This document shows positions 8,932 through 17,809 of a DNA stretch of 37,481 nucleotides, piece by piece; position 1 is the stretch's first letter, and every line of letters begins with the position of its first letter. The stretch is from a virus (Duplodnaviria > Heunggongvirae > Uroviricota > Caudoviricetes). The DNA is taken from IMG/VR virus record IMGVR_UViG_2534681936_000021, positions 1 through 37,481 of that record; one strand, given 5' to 3'. The notes beneath the pieces were generated by a model, which worked only from the letters and a program-made list of their open reading frames with translations, searched no databases and was not told where the DNA came from. The translations under genes were made by a program, and so were the position numbers.

Positions 8932-9243
8932 ATGACAACACCAACCAGACGGATAAGTTTCTATCTGAAGCCAGCTGCCGTCAAGAACGAAGGAGAAGCA
9001 TGCGCCTGGCTGGACAGCCTTACACCAGAAGCCCGCAAAAGCGGCCAACGCGTGGCTTTTCTGGCCGGGCTGGCACTTCTGAAGACGAATCCGGCAGAGG
9101 CTTACCGACTGGCCGCATGGGCTGATGATGAGATGTTACCTGTGACACAAATCAGCTCAAAAAAGTTTGAAGCACAGTCTGCACCAGTGGCTAAGATAAC
9201 CAGCCAGATGGCTGGGAATATCCGGGCGTTATTTCCTGAGTAA
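8932..9243 (+). CDS. parR: ParR-like small DNA-binding partner (103 aa)
   Basis: RBS aaggag upstream, 4 nt after the parM stop; N-terminus RRISFYLKP and LAGLALL segment resemble R1 ParR as recalled. Confidence 0.6.
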   Translation: MTTPTRRISFYLKPAAVKNEGEACAWLDSLTPEARKSGQRVAFLAGLALLKTNPAEAYRLAAWADDEMLPVTQISSKKFEAQSAPVAKITSQMAGNIRALFPE

Positions 9244-9284
9244 AAGCATCTGCGCGAAAAATGCTCACGTTTATAGAGACAGTA

Positions 9285-9430
9285 TCATTCCATTTGGCAC
9301 ACTTACTTCAATAATCGATCTGTTAAACAAATAGATTGTCTATTATCTATCGATTAAAACGATCAATTATCTTGACAGTAATGTGCCTTTTTGTAAGATC
9401 GTTCGCATTGTGAGCGACAAGATAATTGCG
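9285..9430. repeat. iteron-like repeat cluster (four CGATC/TCGAT cores; inverted repeat caattatcttg / caagataattg)
   Basis: Seen directly in the sequence downstream of parR; candidate centromere or operator. Confidence 0.35.
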
Positions 9431-9448
9431 CGGCATTGTCCATGCAAA

Positions 9449-9478
9449 ACGCCCCAATAGCAGCAACTATTGGGGCGT
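9449..9478. other. perfect 12-bp stem hairpin (acgccccaatag / ctattggggcgt)
   Basis: Perfect inverted repeat with a 6-nt loop, flanked by AAAA on one side. Confidence 0.5.
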
Positions 9479-9505
9479 AAAACTCGGTCGGACTCACTTA
9501 ACCTG

Positions 9506-9590
9506 ATATGCGTGCCTTCCGAAGTAAATCAAAATGTGCGTCGTATATTTTATTGCTTACACGCACCTCTGTAAAGGCACGCATATTTTT
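9506..9590 (+). promoter_or_regulatory. nested palindromes plus T-run immediately upstream of the 89-aa ORF (attenuator/terminator-like leader)
   Basis: 13-bp perfect inverted repeat atatgcgtgcctt / aaggcacgcatat enclosing an inner gtgcgt/acgcac pair, followed by TTTTT and then the RBS. Confidence 0.4.
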
Positions 9591-9607
9591 CCTATGAGGT
9601 AAATAAA

Positions 9608-9877
9608 GTGCGGGCTAAAACAGGTATTTGCAAGAACCCTCATCGTTATAATCCAACATTTCTGTCTCTCCCTGAATATCAAGGACAAGAAGGTCGGCAC
9701 AAATGCGCTGCCTGTGCTTTTGAGCTAGGCATAAAAGATGCGCTTGAAGGACGCGCTATGGCTCAGAATGATTTAGTTTTAGCTAACATTCCGTTTAGCC
9801 AGGCTGGAACTGTAAGGCACAGAGATGCCTATGAAGCATATGTTCGTGGTTGGCGATTAATACACAGCAACAATTGA
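9608..9877 (+). CDS. hypothetical 89-aa protein (GTG start)
   Basis: RBS gaggt 7 nt upstream; ORF followed directly by an intrinsic terminator; no family recognised. Confidence 0.4.
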   Translation: MRAKTGICKNPHRYNPTFLSLPEYQGQEGRHKCAACAFELGIKDALEGRAMAQNDLVLANIPFSQAGTVRHRDAYEAYVRGWRLIHSNN

Positions 9878-9885
9878 TACTTTTG

Positions 9886-9909
9886 AAGCGCCGATAAGGC
9901 GCTTTTTTT
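9886..9909 (+). terminator. intrinsic terminator (aagcgcc-gataa-ggcgctt followed by T7)
   Basis: 7-bp stem, 5-nt loop and T-run 9 nt after the ORF stop. Confidence 0.65.
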
Positions 9910-10438
9910 GTTTGCACGATAGTGCACAAGTTTGCACAATTTTTTTGAACGACTTTTTGTACTTCCGGCCCGCGTGGTGGCTGGATCCGTCAAGGATCCG
10001 TACGTGCACAAAAAAACGCGTTTTTTCTGCGCGCAGGTGACGGGGGAACAGCCCGCGTTTCAGGGGGTAAACAGCATTCCCTGAACGATGTCGCAGCGAC
10101 ACAACGGAATGGCTGTCTTTCTCACGCTGAGCGTGAAAAATACGTGAGGGCTTTTGATTTGATGGGGTGACTGATAAGGCCGTCAAAATCGCACTGAGGC
10201 GACGAGAACATGCAGTCAGCACGGCGGGATTGCGTAAGAGCCTGACCGTCGATGATGACAATAAGCTGGAAGGCGTCGTGAAATTATCTGATTGATACAG
10301 GAGCTGGAGAGTCGGGGCATAAATTTTTTATGCCCCGGCGAAGCAGCAGACAAGCGAAGCGCGTCAGCGATACGGCACCTTGCCGACCATACTTCATAAG
10401 TGCAAAATACGAGCAAAGAAATCAATGGAGGCTGTCTT

Positions 10439-10963
10439 ATGGTCATTAATTACAAGCAGTTAAGAGAAAAACGGGAGCAGGTAAAGGAGAGCTTTCGCCG
10501 CAATGAAGATCTGACCCCGCTTGTACGCCTTGCCCAGGGCATTGTTGATGCTTATGAAATCTCGCTGGAGCTGCCATCACAGACCTGGACAGATAGCGAC
10601 GGTAATCGCCAGCATTACGTTTCATGCGGACTGGAAGCAGCCGAAGGATTTCGCAGAATGCCTTTATCCCAGATCCCTGCCGCTACCCCCAAAGCACGAG
10701 GCAGCAATGATGAGCGAAAACTGACTTTTAGTATTGAAACGGTGGTTGACGACACACCTGGCGAAGTCGCGTTCGTGCACACTCCTGTTTCGATCGCAAT
10801 GTATAACGATGAAATACAGGTTCGCGTTAATAATAATATCGTGCCACTTAAAGAAGGTAATTCACCCTACACCACCGTTTGTGAAGCCATTCAATATTAC
10901 GTTCTCTCTGAAATTGATAATCTCAAGCCTGACGGCACCCAGAAAATGGTTCAACTCTGGTAA
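10439..10963 (+). CDS. hypothetical 174-aa protein, unknown function
   Basis: RBS ggagg 8 nt upstream of the ATG at 10439; ends at the bidirectional terminator shared with Q. Confidence 0.5.
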   Translation: MVINYKQLREKREQVKESFRRNEDLTPLVRLAQGIVDAYEISLELPSQTWTDSDGNRQHYVSCGLEAAEGFRRMPLSQIPAATPKARGSNDERKLTFSIETVVDDTPGEVAFVHTPVSIAMYNDEIQVRVNNNIVPLKEGNSPYTTVCEAIQYYVLSEIDNLKPDGTQKMVQLW

Positions 10964-10994
10964 AAAGGACAGCCCCATCACGGGGCTGTTTTTT
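10964..10994. terminator. bidirectional intrinsic terminator between the 174-aa ORF and Q
   Basis: aaaaa-acagcccc-atcac-ggggctgt-tttttt: 8-bp stem flanked by an A-run and a T-run. Confidence 0.65.
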
Positions 10995-12024
10995 CATCAA
11001 GAAGAGCATAAGAGTTAAAACGGATCACCTCTTCGCCAAGCCAGTCATTGATGTGCTTCATAGCCTCCATGACGGGCATCAGCTCGTTAATTGCGTAAAC
11101 CCGCGCGGCCTTCTCCACATCACCAAACGCACTTTTTTCGCCCGGCATCGCCCCCATCAGTTGCGGCGGAACGCGGTGCGCAGCCAGCACATCATCACGG
11201 GATGCCGCCTTAACATTCATGAACTCATCCTTTGCGGTGATCTGCTGGAACGGCAAAATTTGCACCCCCTCTTTGCCCCCGTTGGGCGCATGGATGAGCA
11301 CGTTTTTAAACGCACCACCACCACGCGCACCCTGTAACGTTTCTTTCAGGGAGTCCATGCTTTCGCGGTTTACCTGCGCTGCACCGATGTAGATGATGCA
11401 CCCGGCGTGGGATCCATTGTCGTAATACAGTTTTCTGAACATGTCCGCCGAATGAGACAGGCTGGCCGAGAGTAATGCGCCAAGATATTCCGGCATGCCG
11501 TAAATTTCCTGGTTAATGTCCGGATTCATCAGGTGGCACACTTTGCCAGGGCGAAACTGAAACGCGTCCTTGCCATCCTGCACATACCACCATGATTCAA
11601 GATCGCTTCCGCGTCGCATGTATTTCGCCAGGGCGTGCCGTAATTTAAGCGGTTCACCGAGCATATTGCTTCGAAGCTCAAGGAATGCGTTACCGAACAC
11701 AAACCAGTCCAGCGCCAGCGCCGAGAAATCCTGCCGGGAAAGCAGCGGGTGCGGAATATAGCAGCCGAGCAATACATTGCGCTTAAAGTAAAGCGCAGAC
11801 TGATGCCAGGACGTTTGCCGGGCAGCTCTTGCCAGACCGTACCAGTCCACCGGGGTTTCATACCACCGCCCGTTATCAGCACAGTACATATTGTCCAGCA
11901 GGTCATGCCCGGTCAGGCGATAAGGACCATCAAATGTGAATGCACTGAGCGATGATTCTTTCCTGAGCGCATCAGCGAGATCAATGCGTGAACTCATGCG
12001 CACTTTTTTATTTTTTCTGCTCAT
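10978..12024 (-). CDS. Q: portal protein, P2 gpQ-like
   Basis: 348 aa; position and size match P2 Q; divergent from O as in P2. Confidence 0.85.
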   Translation of the reverse strand: MSRKNKKVRMSSRIDLADALRKESSLSAFTFDGPYRLTGHDLLDNMYCADNGRWYETPVDWYGLARAARQTSWHQSALYFKRNVLLGCYIPHPLLSRQDFSALALDWFVFGNAFLELRSNMLGEPLKLRHALAKYMRRGSDLESWWYVQDGKDAFQFRPGKVCHLMNPDINQEIYGMPEYLGALLSASLSHSADMFRKLYYDNGSHAGCIIYIGAAQVNRESMDSLKETLQGARGGGAFKNVLIHAPNGGKEGVQILPFQQITAKDEFMNVKAASRDDVLAAHRVPPQLMGAMPGEKSAFGDVEKAARVYAINELMPVMEAMKHINDWLGEEVIRFNSYALLDEKTAP

Positions 12025-13775
12025 CAGAACTCCATAACCGTGAAACGCTCGTTTTCTCCTTCGCCGCCAATCGGTTCATTAATGACAGCAAGCATGGTTG
12101 CCCACGCAAGGTCGCCGTGGCTGATCCCCCTCGCTCGGTCCGTTTCGTAAGTGATAAAGCCGCCCGGTGTTTTCACCTTACGCACGGCGTTAAAGGCCGC
12201 GACCAGCTCGCGTTCGGCGCGATCGTATTCCCACCGCCCGGCACGCATTATTTGCAGCATTTTCAGTACCAGCGACCGTTTTGATGACAGCGTGAAGGTG
12301 TACGGAATAGCAGCAGGGAAAAACCGTTTCACTATCTGATAAACAGCCTCCCCGTTCCCGCCCGTCACATCAATGCCGATGTGTTCCACGTTGTAGCGAC
12401 ACGTGAACTCCTCAATGACTCTGGCCTGTTCTTCAAACTCCAGCCCCTGAACGCGTCGCGTCTCCACCGTTCGAAAACGGCCACCAGGAACAGCCGGAGG
12501 AACCACCACGGACACCGCGCCGCTGTCGCCGTTTCCACTGCTGCCGTTTGCGTCATACCCAATCCATACCGGACGATTCCCCATCGGGCGGGGAGCAAAA
12601 GGTTTCCAGTCTTTCCAGTCGTCGTATCCATCAACACCGCAGCCAATCAGGATATTCAGGTTAAATGCCGATTCCCCTTCGTGGACAAACTCACACATAT
12701 AGAGATTGCGGAACTCGTCTTCGGTGTTTTCATCACGAATTTCATCAATATCGGTGTGTTTCCAGCCGTGATTAACCACATCTTCCAGCGTGACAATTTG
12801 CCGCCACGTCCGGTCGGGGCAGATAAGTCCGTTATGCAGCGTTTTCCAGTCCACAGAAAAACGCTGGCGTTTATGCGCGGCCTTTTTCTCGTTCCAGCGG
12901 TCGCCGTTCCAATAGACGTATGCCTCGTGCGTTTCGGTGGATGGCGTGGAGAAGTAGGTGCGCCGCAGTCCGCTGAGGGTTGCCATAGCGCCAGCCACCT
13001 TGCGCAGTTCAGCAAAGCGACTGACCCAGAAAAATTCATCAAAATAAAAATTGCCTGTGTAGGACTGTGCCGTCGCAGCAGAAGTACCGAGAAAATGCAG
13101 TTCTGCGCCGTTGGAGAGGATGATTTTATCGCCCCCTTTCAGCTCCACATCAACTTCAGCCGCGGCCTTCTGAATAATGCTTTTAAACTGGAACGCCTGA
13201 CGACGCGACGCAGACAAAAAAATCTGGTTACGCTGGTAAGGTTGTGCCACATCGTCACGCAGCGCCATCAGCAGTGCTTCCTGTGCAAAATACCAGGTCG
13301 CCCCAATCTGTCGGGATTTCAGGATCATCCTGTTACGTATCCCGGCTTCACTGCAAAGGGTCAGGGAGTCAAACCAGCCCCGCTGATGCCACTCCAGCCT
13401 GCTGATGATTTTTTCCCGCAGTGCGGCAATCTGCTCCGGCGTGAAATGATTTTTAAGTTTTTTCGCCCGGCCTTTCTTTCCTGTGGCCGTCGCATCCGGC
13501 TGGCCATCATGCAGTTTTTTAAGCTGCCGGGTCAGCAGGTCTATTTCCTTAAAGTCACCACCTGTTTTATTCTGTTTTTCAGTAAGCTGGATGAGGCGCG
13601 CATCGATGGACTGCGTGACACGCTGCACGGGTGGCGTTTCATCCCACTGGTCGCGTTTTTTCCACGCATAAATCGTGTTCGGGTTTATTCCCATCAGACG
13701 TGATATTTCTGCGGGCGGATAACCCTGCCAGTAAAGTTGCCGCGCACGCTGGCGCACAAAAGCGTCCTGAATCAT
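12024..13775 (-). CDS. P: terminase large (ATPase) subunit, P2 gpP-like
   Basis: 583 aa; ATPase-like segment; stop overlaps the Q start. Confidence 0.9.
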   Translation of the reverse strand: MIQDAFVRQRARQLYWQGYPPAEISRLMGINPNTIYAWKKRDQWDETPPVQRVTQSIDARLIQLTEKQNKTGGDFKEIDLLTRQLKKLHDGQPDATATGKKGRAKKLKNHFTPEQIAALREKIISRLEWHQRGWFDSLTLCSEAGIRNRMILKSRQIGATWYFAQEALLMALRDDVAQPYQRNQIFLSASRRQAFQFKSIIQKAAAEVDVELKGGDKIILSNGAELHFLGTSAATAQSYTGNFYFDEFFWVSRFAELRKVAGAMATLSGLRRTYFSTPSTETHEAYVYWNGDRWNEKKAAHKRQRFSVDWKTLHNGLICPDRTWRQIVTLEDVVNHGWKHTDIDEIRDENTEDEFRNLYMCEFVHEGESAFNLNILIGCGVDGYDDWKDWKPFAPRPMGNRPVWIGYDANGSSGNGDSGAVSVVVPPAVPGGRFRTVETRRVQGLEFEEQARVIEEFTCRYNVEHIGIDVTGGNGEAVYQIVKRFFPAAIPYTFTLSSKRSLVLKMLQIMRAGRWEYDRAERELVAAFNAVRKVKTPGGFITYETDRARGISHGDLAWATMLAVINEPIGGEGENERFTVMEF

Positions 13776-13929
13776 TGCTCCCCCTGAGTAATTACAGGAA
13801 GATTACCCGCGCGCGAAACCGTTCTCCTTAACCCCCTGTTCTGGCCGTTTTCTTACAACAAAAGCCCTTTGTATCAGCCTGTTACGCTTTGCCATCATGA
13901 CTGAAGAACCAGTCAGAGGGGCAAAAACT

Positions 13930-14766
13930 ATGGCTAATGAAAAAAAGACATCCCGCAAAAAGTTTCGCGTGGCTGTCTCCGGATCAACTGTTGATGGCCG
14001 TGAAATCAGTCCGGTGCATCTGCGTGAAGCCGCCGAGAACTTCAACCCGGATGTTTACGCTGCCCGCGTGAACGTTGAGCACTATCTCTCGCCATGCCCG
14101 TCAAGCGAATTTTCCGCAATGGGCGATGTCACCGCACTGAGTACGGAAGACATTACGGAAGGTCCGCTGGCCGGACGTACTGCGCTGTATGCAGAAATCG
14201 AACCGACCGAGCGCATGAAGCAGCTTGTCGCGGACGGCAAGAAAATCTATTCCAGTATCGAACTGCACCCGCAGTTCTCCGTTAACGGGCGCGCCTATCT
14301 GGTCGGGCTGGCGATGACCGACACCCCGGCAAGCCTGGGCACTGAGCGCCTGAAATTCACGGCACAGCAACGTCAGGCGGTGATGACGTTCAACAGTGTC
14401 CAGGGTGAAGCACCGCTCATTTCCGAAGCCATCGAGTCTGAAATCATCGAAATGGCAGAACAACGCCAGGAAGAAGGCACCCAGTGGTTTAACCGCGTAA
14501 TGGGGATTATTGGTCGTGGCCGCAAAGCGGATGACGCCAGTTTCTCCCGTATTCAGGAAGCGGTGGAAGGCGTCGCAACGTCACAGGCCGACATTATCGA
14601 CCGTTTTAATGTGCTGGAAACCCGCCATCAGCAGGACCGCCAGAAAATCACGTCACTGACCACAGAGCTGACAGCACTGAAGGAAAAACTGCGCACGCAG
14701 GACGGCGATCCGCAGAACCGGTTCACCGCAACAGGTGCAGCCTCCGACCAGCTGGCTGACTTCTGA
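13930..14766 (+). CDS. O: capsid scaffolding protein, P2 gpO-like
   Basis: ATG at 13930 with RBS gagggg upstream; acidic coiled-coil C-terminus; size matches gpO. Confidence 0.8.
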   Translation: MANEKKTSRKKFRVAVSGSTVDGREISPVHLREAAENFNPDVYAARVNVEHYLSPCPSSEFSAMGDVTALSTEDITEGPLAGRTALYAEIEPTERMKQLVADGKKIYSSIELHPQFSVNGRAYLVGLAMTDTPASLGTERLKFTAQQRQAVMTFNSVQGEAPLISEAIESEIIEMAEQRQEEGTQWFNRVMGIIGRGRKADDASFSRIQEAVEGVATSQADIIDRFNVLETRHQQDRQKITSLTTELTALKEKLRTQDGDPQNRFTATGAASDQLADF

Positions 14767-14789
14767 TAAGACAAAGGAGCAAATTTTTT

Positions 14790-15841
14790 ATGAATCTGGT
14801 GATGTCAGATATTACCCGCAACAAGCTGGGTTGCTATATGGCGCAGCAGGCGTCGCTTAACAATATCCCGGTATCTGCACTGGTATCGCGATTTACCGTG
14901 GAACCCTCGGTGCAGCAGCGTTTTGAAAACGCAGTAAAGGAGAGCACTGAATTTACAAAAAAATTAACGTGTTCGGTGTGACTGACCAGAAAGGCGAAAA
15001 AATCCTCCTGGACACCACCGGGCCGATTGCGCGCACGAATACCAGTTATGACGGCACAAAACGCCGTAACCCGAATAACGTGGTTGATCTGAAAAACCGC
15101 AAATACCAGTGCGAACAGGTGAACTACGACACGTTTATTTCGTATCCGCAGCTTGATGCCTGGGCGGCACACCCTGATTTTCAGTCCCGCGTCAGCACAC
15201 AGATTGCCCGGCAGGTGGCGCTTGACCGCATCATGATCGGTTTCAACGGCACGTCTCACGCGGATGAGTCCAACTTCAGCACTAACAAGCTGCTTCAGGA
15301 CGTTAACGTGGGATGGCTGGAGCACATCAGAACCGACGCCAGCGAGCGCGTTATGAATGATGTAACGCTGACCTCCCGCAACATGGACAACACCGTGGCG
15401 CACGCGGGTAAATATGCGAACGCTGATGCACTGGTACAGGACGCGCGCTCATCCCTGCTGGATGAATGGCACAAGGAAGCTGACGACCTCGTGGTGATTA
15501 TGGGGCGCAACCTGTTTAACTCGCTGCGTCTGCCCGTGCTGAACAGCATCAGCGGCCAGAATCCCAATGCGGAATTACTTGCCGGACAGCTCATCCTGTC
15601 ATCGCGCGCCATTGGCGGGCTGGATGTATTCCTTGCGCCGTTCTTCCCGGATGCAACGATGCTGATCACCTCGTTCAACAACCTGTCAATTTACTGGCAG
15701 AAAGGAACAATGCGTCGCCTGATGAAAGACGAGCCGGAATACAACCGCATTGCCACCTACCAGTCCATCAATGACGCTTATGTCGTTGAAGACTATGGCA
15801 AGTGCGCGATGGTCACTGGCCTGAAGTTCGCCGACAGCTAA
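14790..15841 (+). pseudogene. N: major capsid protein gpN-like, split by a single-base frameshift near the A7 run at 14957-14963
   Basis: Track ORFs 14790-14981 and 14969-15841 together read as one gpN-like protein (FTVEPSV..., KGEKI..., LSIYWQ..., YVVEDYG) if one base is restored near 14960-14970. Confidence 0.75.
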
Positions 15842-15886
15842 TCACCTCACGGCGGGCATCATGCCCGCCTGTAACGGAGAGAAAAA

Positions 15887-16687
15887 ATGATTACTCCTGC
15901 ACAGCAACACTGGCAGAACGTGATGGCACAGCGCGCAGGCCGGGCGAATGAAGGCGTGGACCACGCCGCGCGTACCGCGCATGAAGAGGTGCTGTATCGT
16001 CTGCGTCTGGCACAGGCCCGGCTTAAGGGCGTACAGGCCAGAAGCGCGAAAGCCGCCATCAAAAAAGAGTTATTGCCGGACTTTTCCGGCTGGATTGAGG
16101 GAACGCTGGAGGCTGACGGCGGGCAGCAGGATGAAGTGATTGCCACGCTGATGGTGTGGGCGATTGACTGCGGCGATCTTCCGCTGGCGCTGCGTATTGG
16201 TGCATATGTGGTCCGTCACAACCTCATCATGCCGGATAACTTTGGACGTACTGCTGCCACGGTACTGACCGAAGAAATCTGTAATCCGGTACTGACGCAG
16301 GCCGGGACGGATGCCGACGCGGATTTGTCCGCCTTTATCGAACCACTGGACACCCTCCGGGAGATTGTCACCGACCAGGACATGCCGGACGAAGTGCGCG
16401 CCAAATTATGCAAGGCGTGCGCCTTTGCCCGCCGTGGCCTGAGCGATGCGGACAGCATGGCCCTGTCATTGAAGCTGCTGCGCGAAGCAATGCACCTGAA
16501 CCCGAACGCAGGTGTGAAACGCGAGATTGCAACCCTTTCCCGCGCCCTGAAAAAAGCCGATTCCGCAGCAGCACCAGAAGACGCCAGCGCACAGCAGGCG
16601 CAGGACGAAAGCAGCAAAAGTAAAAAGACAACGCGGAAGCCTGCAACACGAAAAACCACCGCGACGCAGAAGGCGAAGCGCGGTTAA
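15887..16687 (+). CDS. M: terminase small/endonuclease subunit, P2 gpM-like
   Basis: 266 aa; position after N and size match gpM. Confidence 0.8.
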   Translation: MITPAQQHWQNVMAQRAGRANEGVDHAARTAHEEVLYRLRLAQARLKGVQARSAKAAIKKELLPDFSGWIEGTLEADGGQQDEVIATLMVWAIDCGDLPLALRIGAYVVRHNLIMPDNFGRTAATVLTEEICNPVLTQAGTDADADLSAFIEPLDTLREIVTDQDMPDEVRAKLCKACAFARRGLSDADSMALSLKLLREAMHLNPNAGVKREIATLSRALKKADSAAAPEDASAQQAQDESSKSKKTTRKPATRKTTATQKAKRG

Positions 16688-16779
16688 CGACTGACCCCGT
16701 CAGCGGGCGGCGTGCGCGGTGTTCCGGTTTGACTCCGTGACCGTTTACACCGCGCACCCACCGCCCGATTTTTTCAGGA

Positions 16780-17283
16780 GTGAACCCCATGAGTATGGTT
16801 GCCAGAACCAACCCCGGACCCGCAGAGGACGACATCACCGATACCGATGATGGTGATACCCGTATTTCAGCGGGTGCATTCTGGCCGGATATTGTGCTGC
16901 GTGAACTGCGTCTGGCGGTACGACTGCCGGGGCGCGTGACCACCTCCCGCCTGCTGCATACCGCCACCGGAGCTGTGGCACACGTTACCCGCGAGCTGGA
17001 AGCATGGCAGCAGGAACAGCAGGCAGCTGGCCATCAGACGCTGGCCGATGTTCCGGCACCCGTAATTAACGGAGAAAGCGTCAATCTCTGGCACTGGCGC
17101 AATGCTGTTTATACCGCCACGCGCGCCCTGATTCTGGAGCGTTATCGTGATGCAGACACAACGGACAAGGGCGACCGCCGGGCGGACGCTCTGGATATAC
17201 AGACATCGGATTTGTGGCGTGATGTGAGCTGGGCCATCTCTGACATTCTGTGCCGCCCGCGAATCTTTGCGGAGTTGTGCTGA
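16780..17283 (+). CDS. L: head completion protein, P2 gpL-like
   Basis: C-terminal segment ...RADALDIQTSDLWRDVSWAISDIL resembles P2 gpL as recalled. Confidence 0.85.
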   Translation: MNPMSMVARTNPGPAEDDITDTDDGDTRISAGAFWPDIVLRELRLAVRLPGRVTTSRLLHTATGAVAHVTRELEAWQQEQQAAGHQTLADVPAPVINGESVNLWHWRNAVYTATRALILERYRDADTTDKGDRRADALDIQTSDLWRDVSWAISDILCRPRIFAELC

Positions 17284-17483
17284 TGAAAGTGAAGGCACTG
17301 GAAGGCGACACCGTGGATTCGCTCTGTTTCCGGTACTACGGCACGACGCAGGGCGTCACCGAAAAGGTGCTGGATGCCAACCCCGGACTCTGTCAGCAGG
17401 TATTTCTGGACGCCGGGCAGGAAGTGGAGATGCCGGAGCCGGAGAAAAAGAAACGAGAAATGATTCAGTTGTGGGGGGAGTAG
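17283..17483 (+). CDS. X: tail protein X-like (LysM-like), 66 aa
   Basis: ATG overlaps the L stop (TGATG); MKVKALEGDTVDSLCFRYYGTTQGV resembles P2 gpX. Confidence 0.7.
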   Translation: MKVKALEGDTVDSLCFRYYGTTQGVTEKVLDANPGLCQQVFLDAGQEVEMPEPEKKKREMIQLWGE

Positions 17484-17485
17484 CA

Positions 17486-17809
17486 GTGAGCACCATTCAA
17501 ACAGGGATCACAGAGCAGGTTATTGCGTGGCTCTTTGACCACCTGCCAACGGTGTATGCAGTAGGCGCGGCGGTCAGCATTTCCGCGCTGATGAGTCTTT
17601 ATGACGGACGAACACTGGTTCAGACCGTAACGGGATCGCTGGCGTGCGGCGTTCTTGCCATGGCCGTGGCCGGGTCGTTGCGCTTCTTCGGGTTTCCTGA
17701 AGATGCCGTGACGTTTATCGGCGCATCAATCGGTTTTATGGGCGCAGAGAAAGCACGCGACAAGGTTATTGCGGCCTTTAATCGCAGGGTGAAGGAGAAG
17801 GACGAATGA
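17486..17809 (+). CDS. Y: holin (gpY-like), GTG start
   Basis: RBS gggggag 5 nt upstream of the GTG; hydrophobic helices; directly precedes the endolysin. Confidence 0.6.
   Translation: MSTIQTGITEQVIAWLFDHLPTVYAVGAAVSISALMSLYDGRTLVQTVTGSLACGVLAMAVAGSLRFFGFPEDAVTFIGASIGFMGAEKARDKVIAAFNRRVKEKDE

Noticed and set aside
9250-10400. LexA (SOS) box upstream of the cargo ORFs, as for tum in phage 186
   Set aside because: No CTGT-N8-ACAG match was found by eye; the palindromes present have different cores.
16368-16967. 199-aa minus-strand ORF across the M/L genes
   Set aside because: Antisense to recognisable terminase and head-completion genes; arginine-rich shadow ORF.
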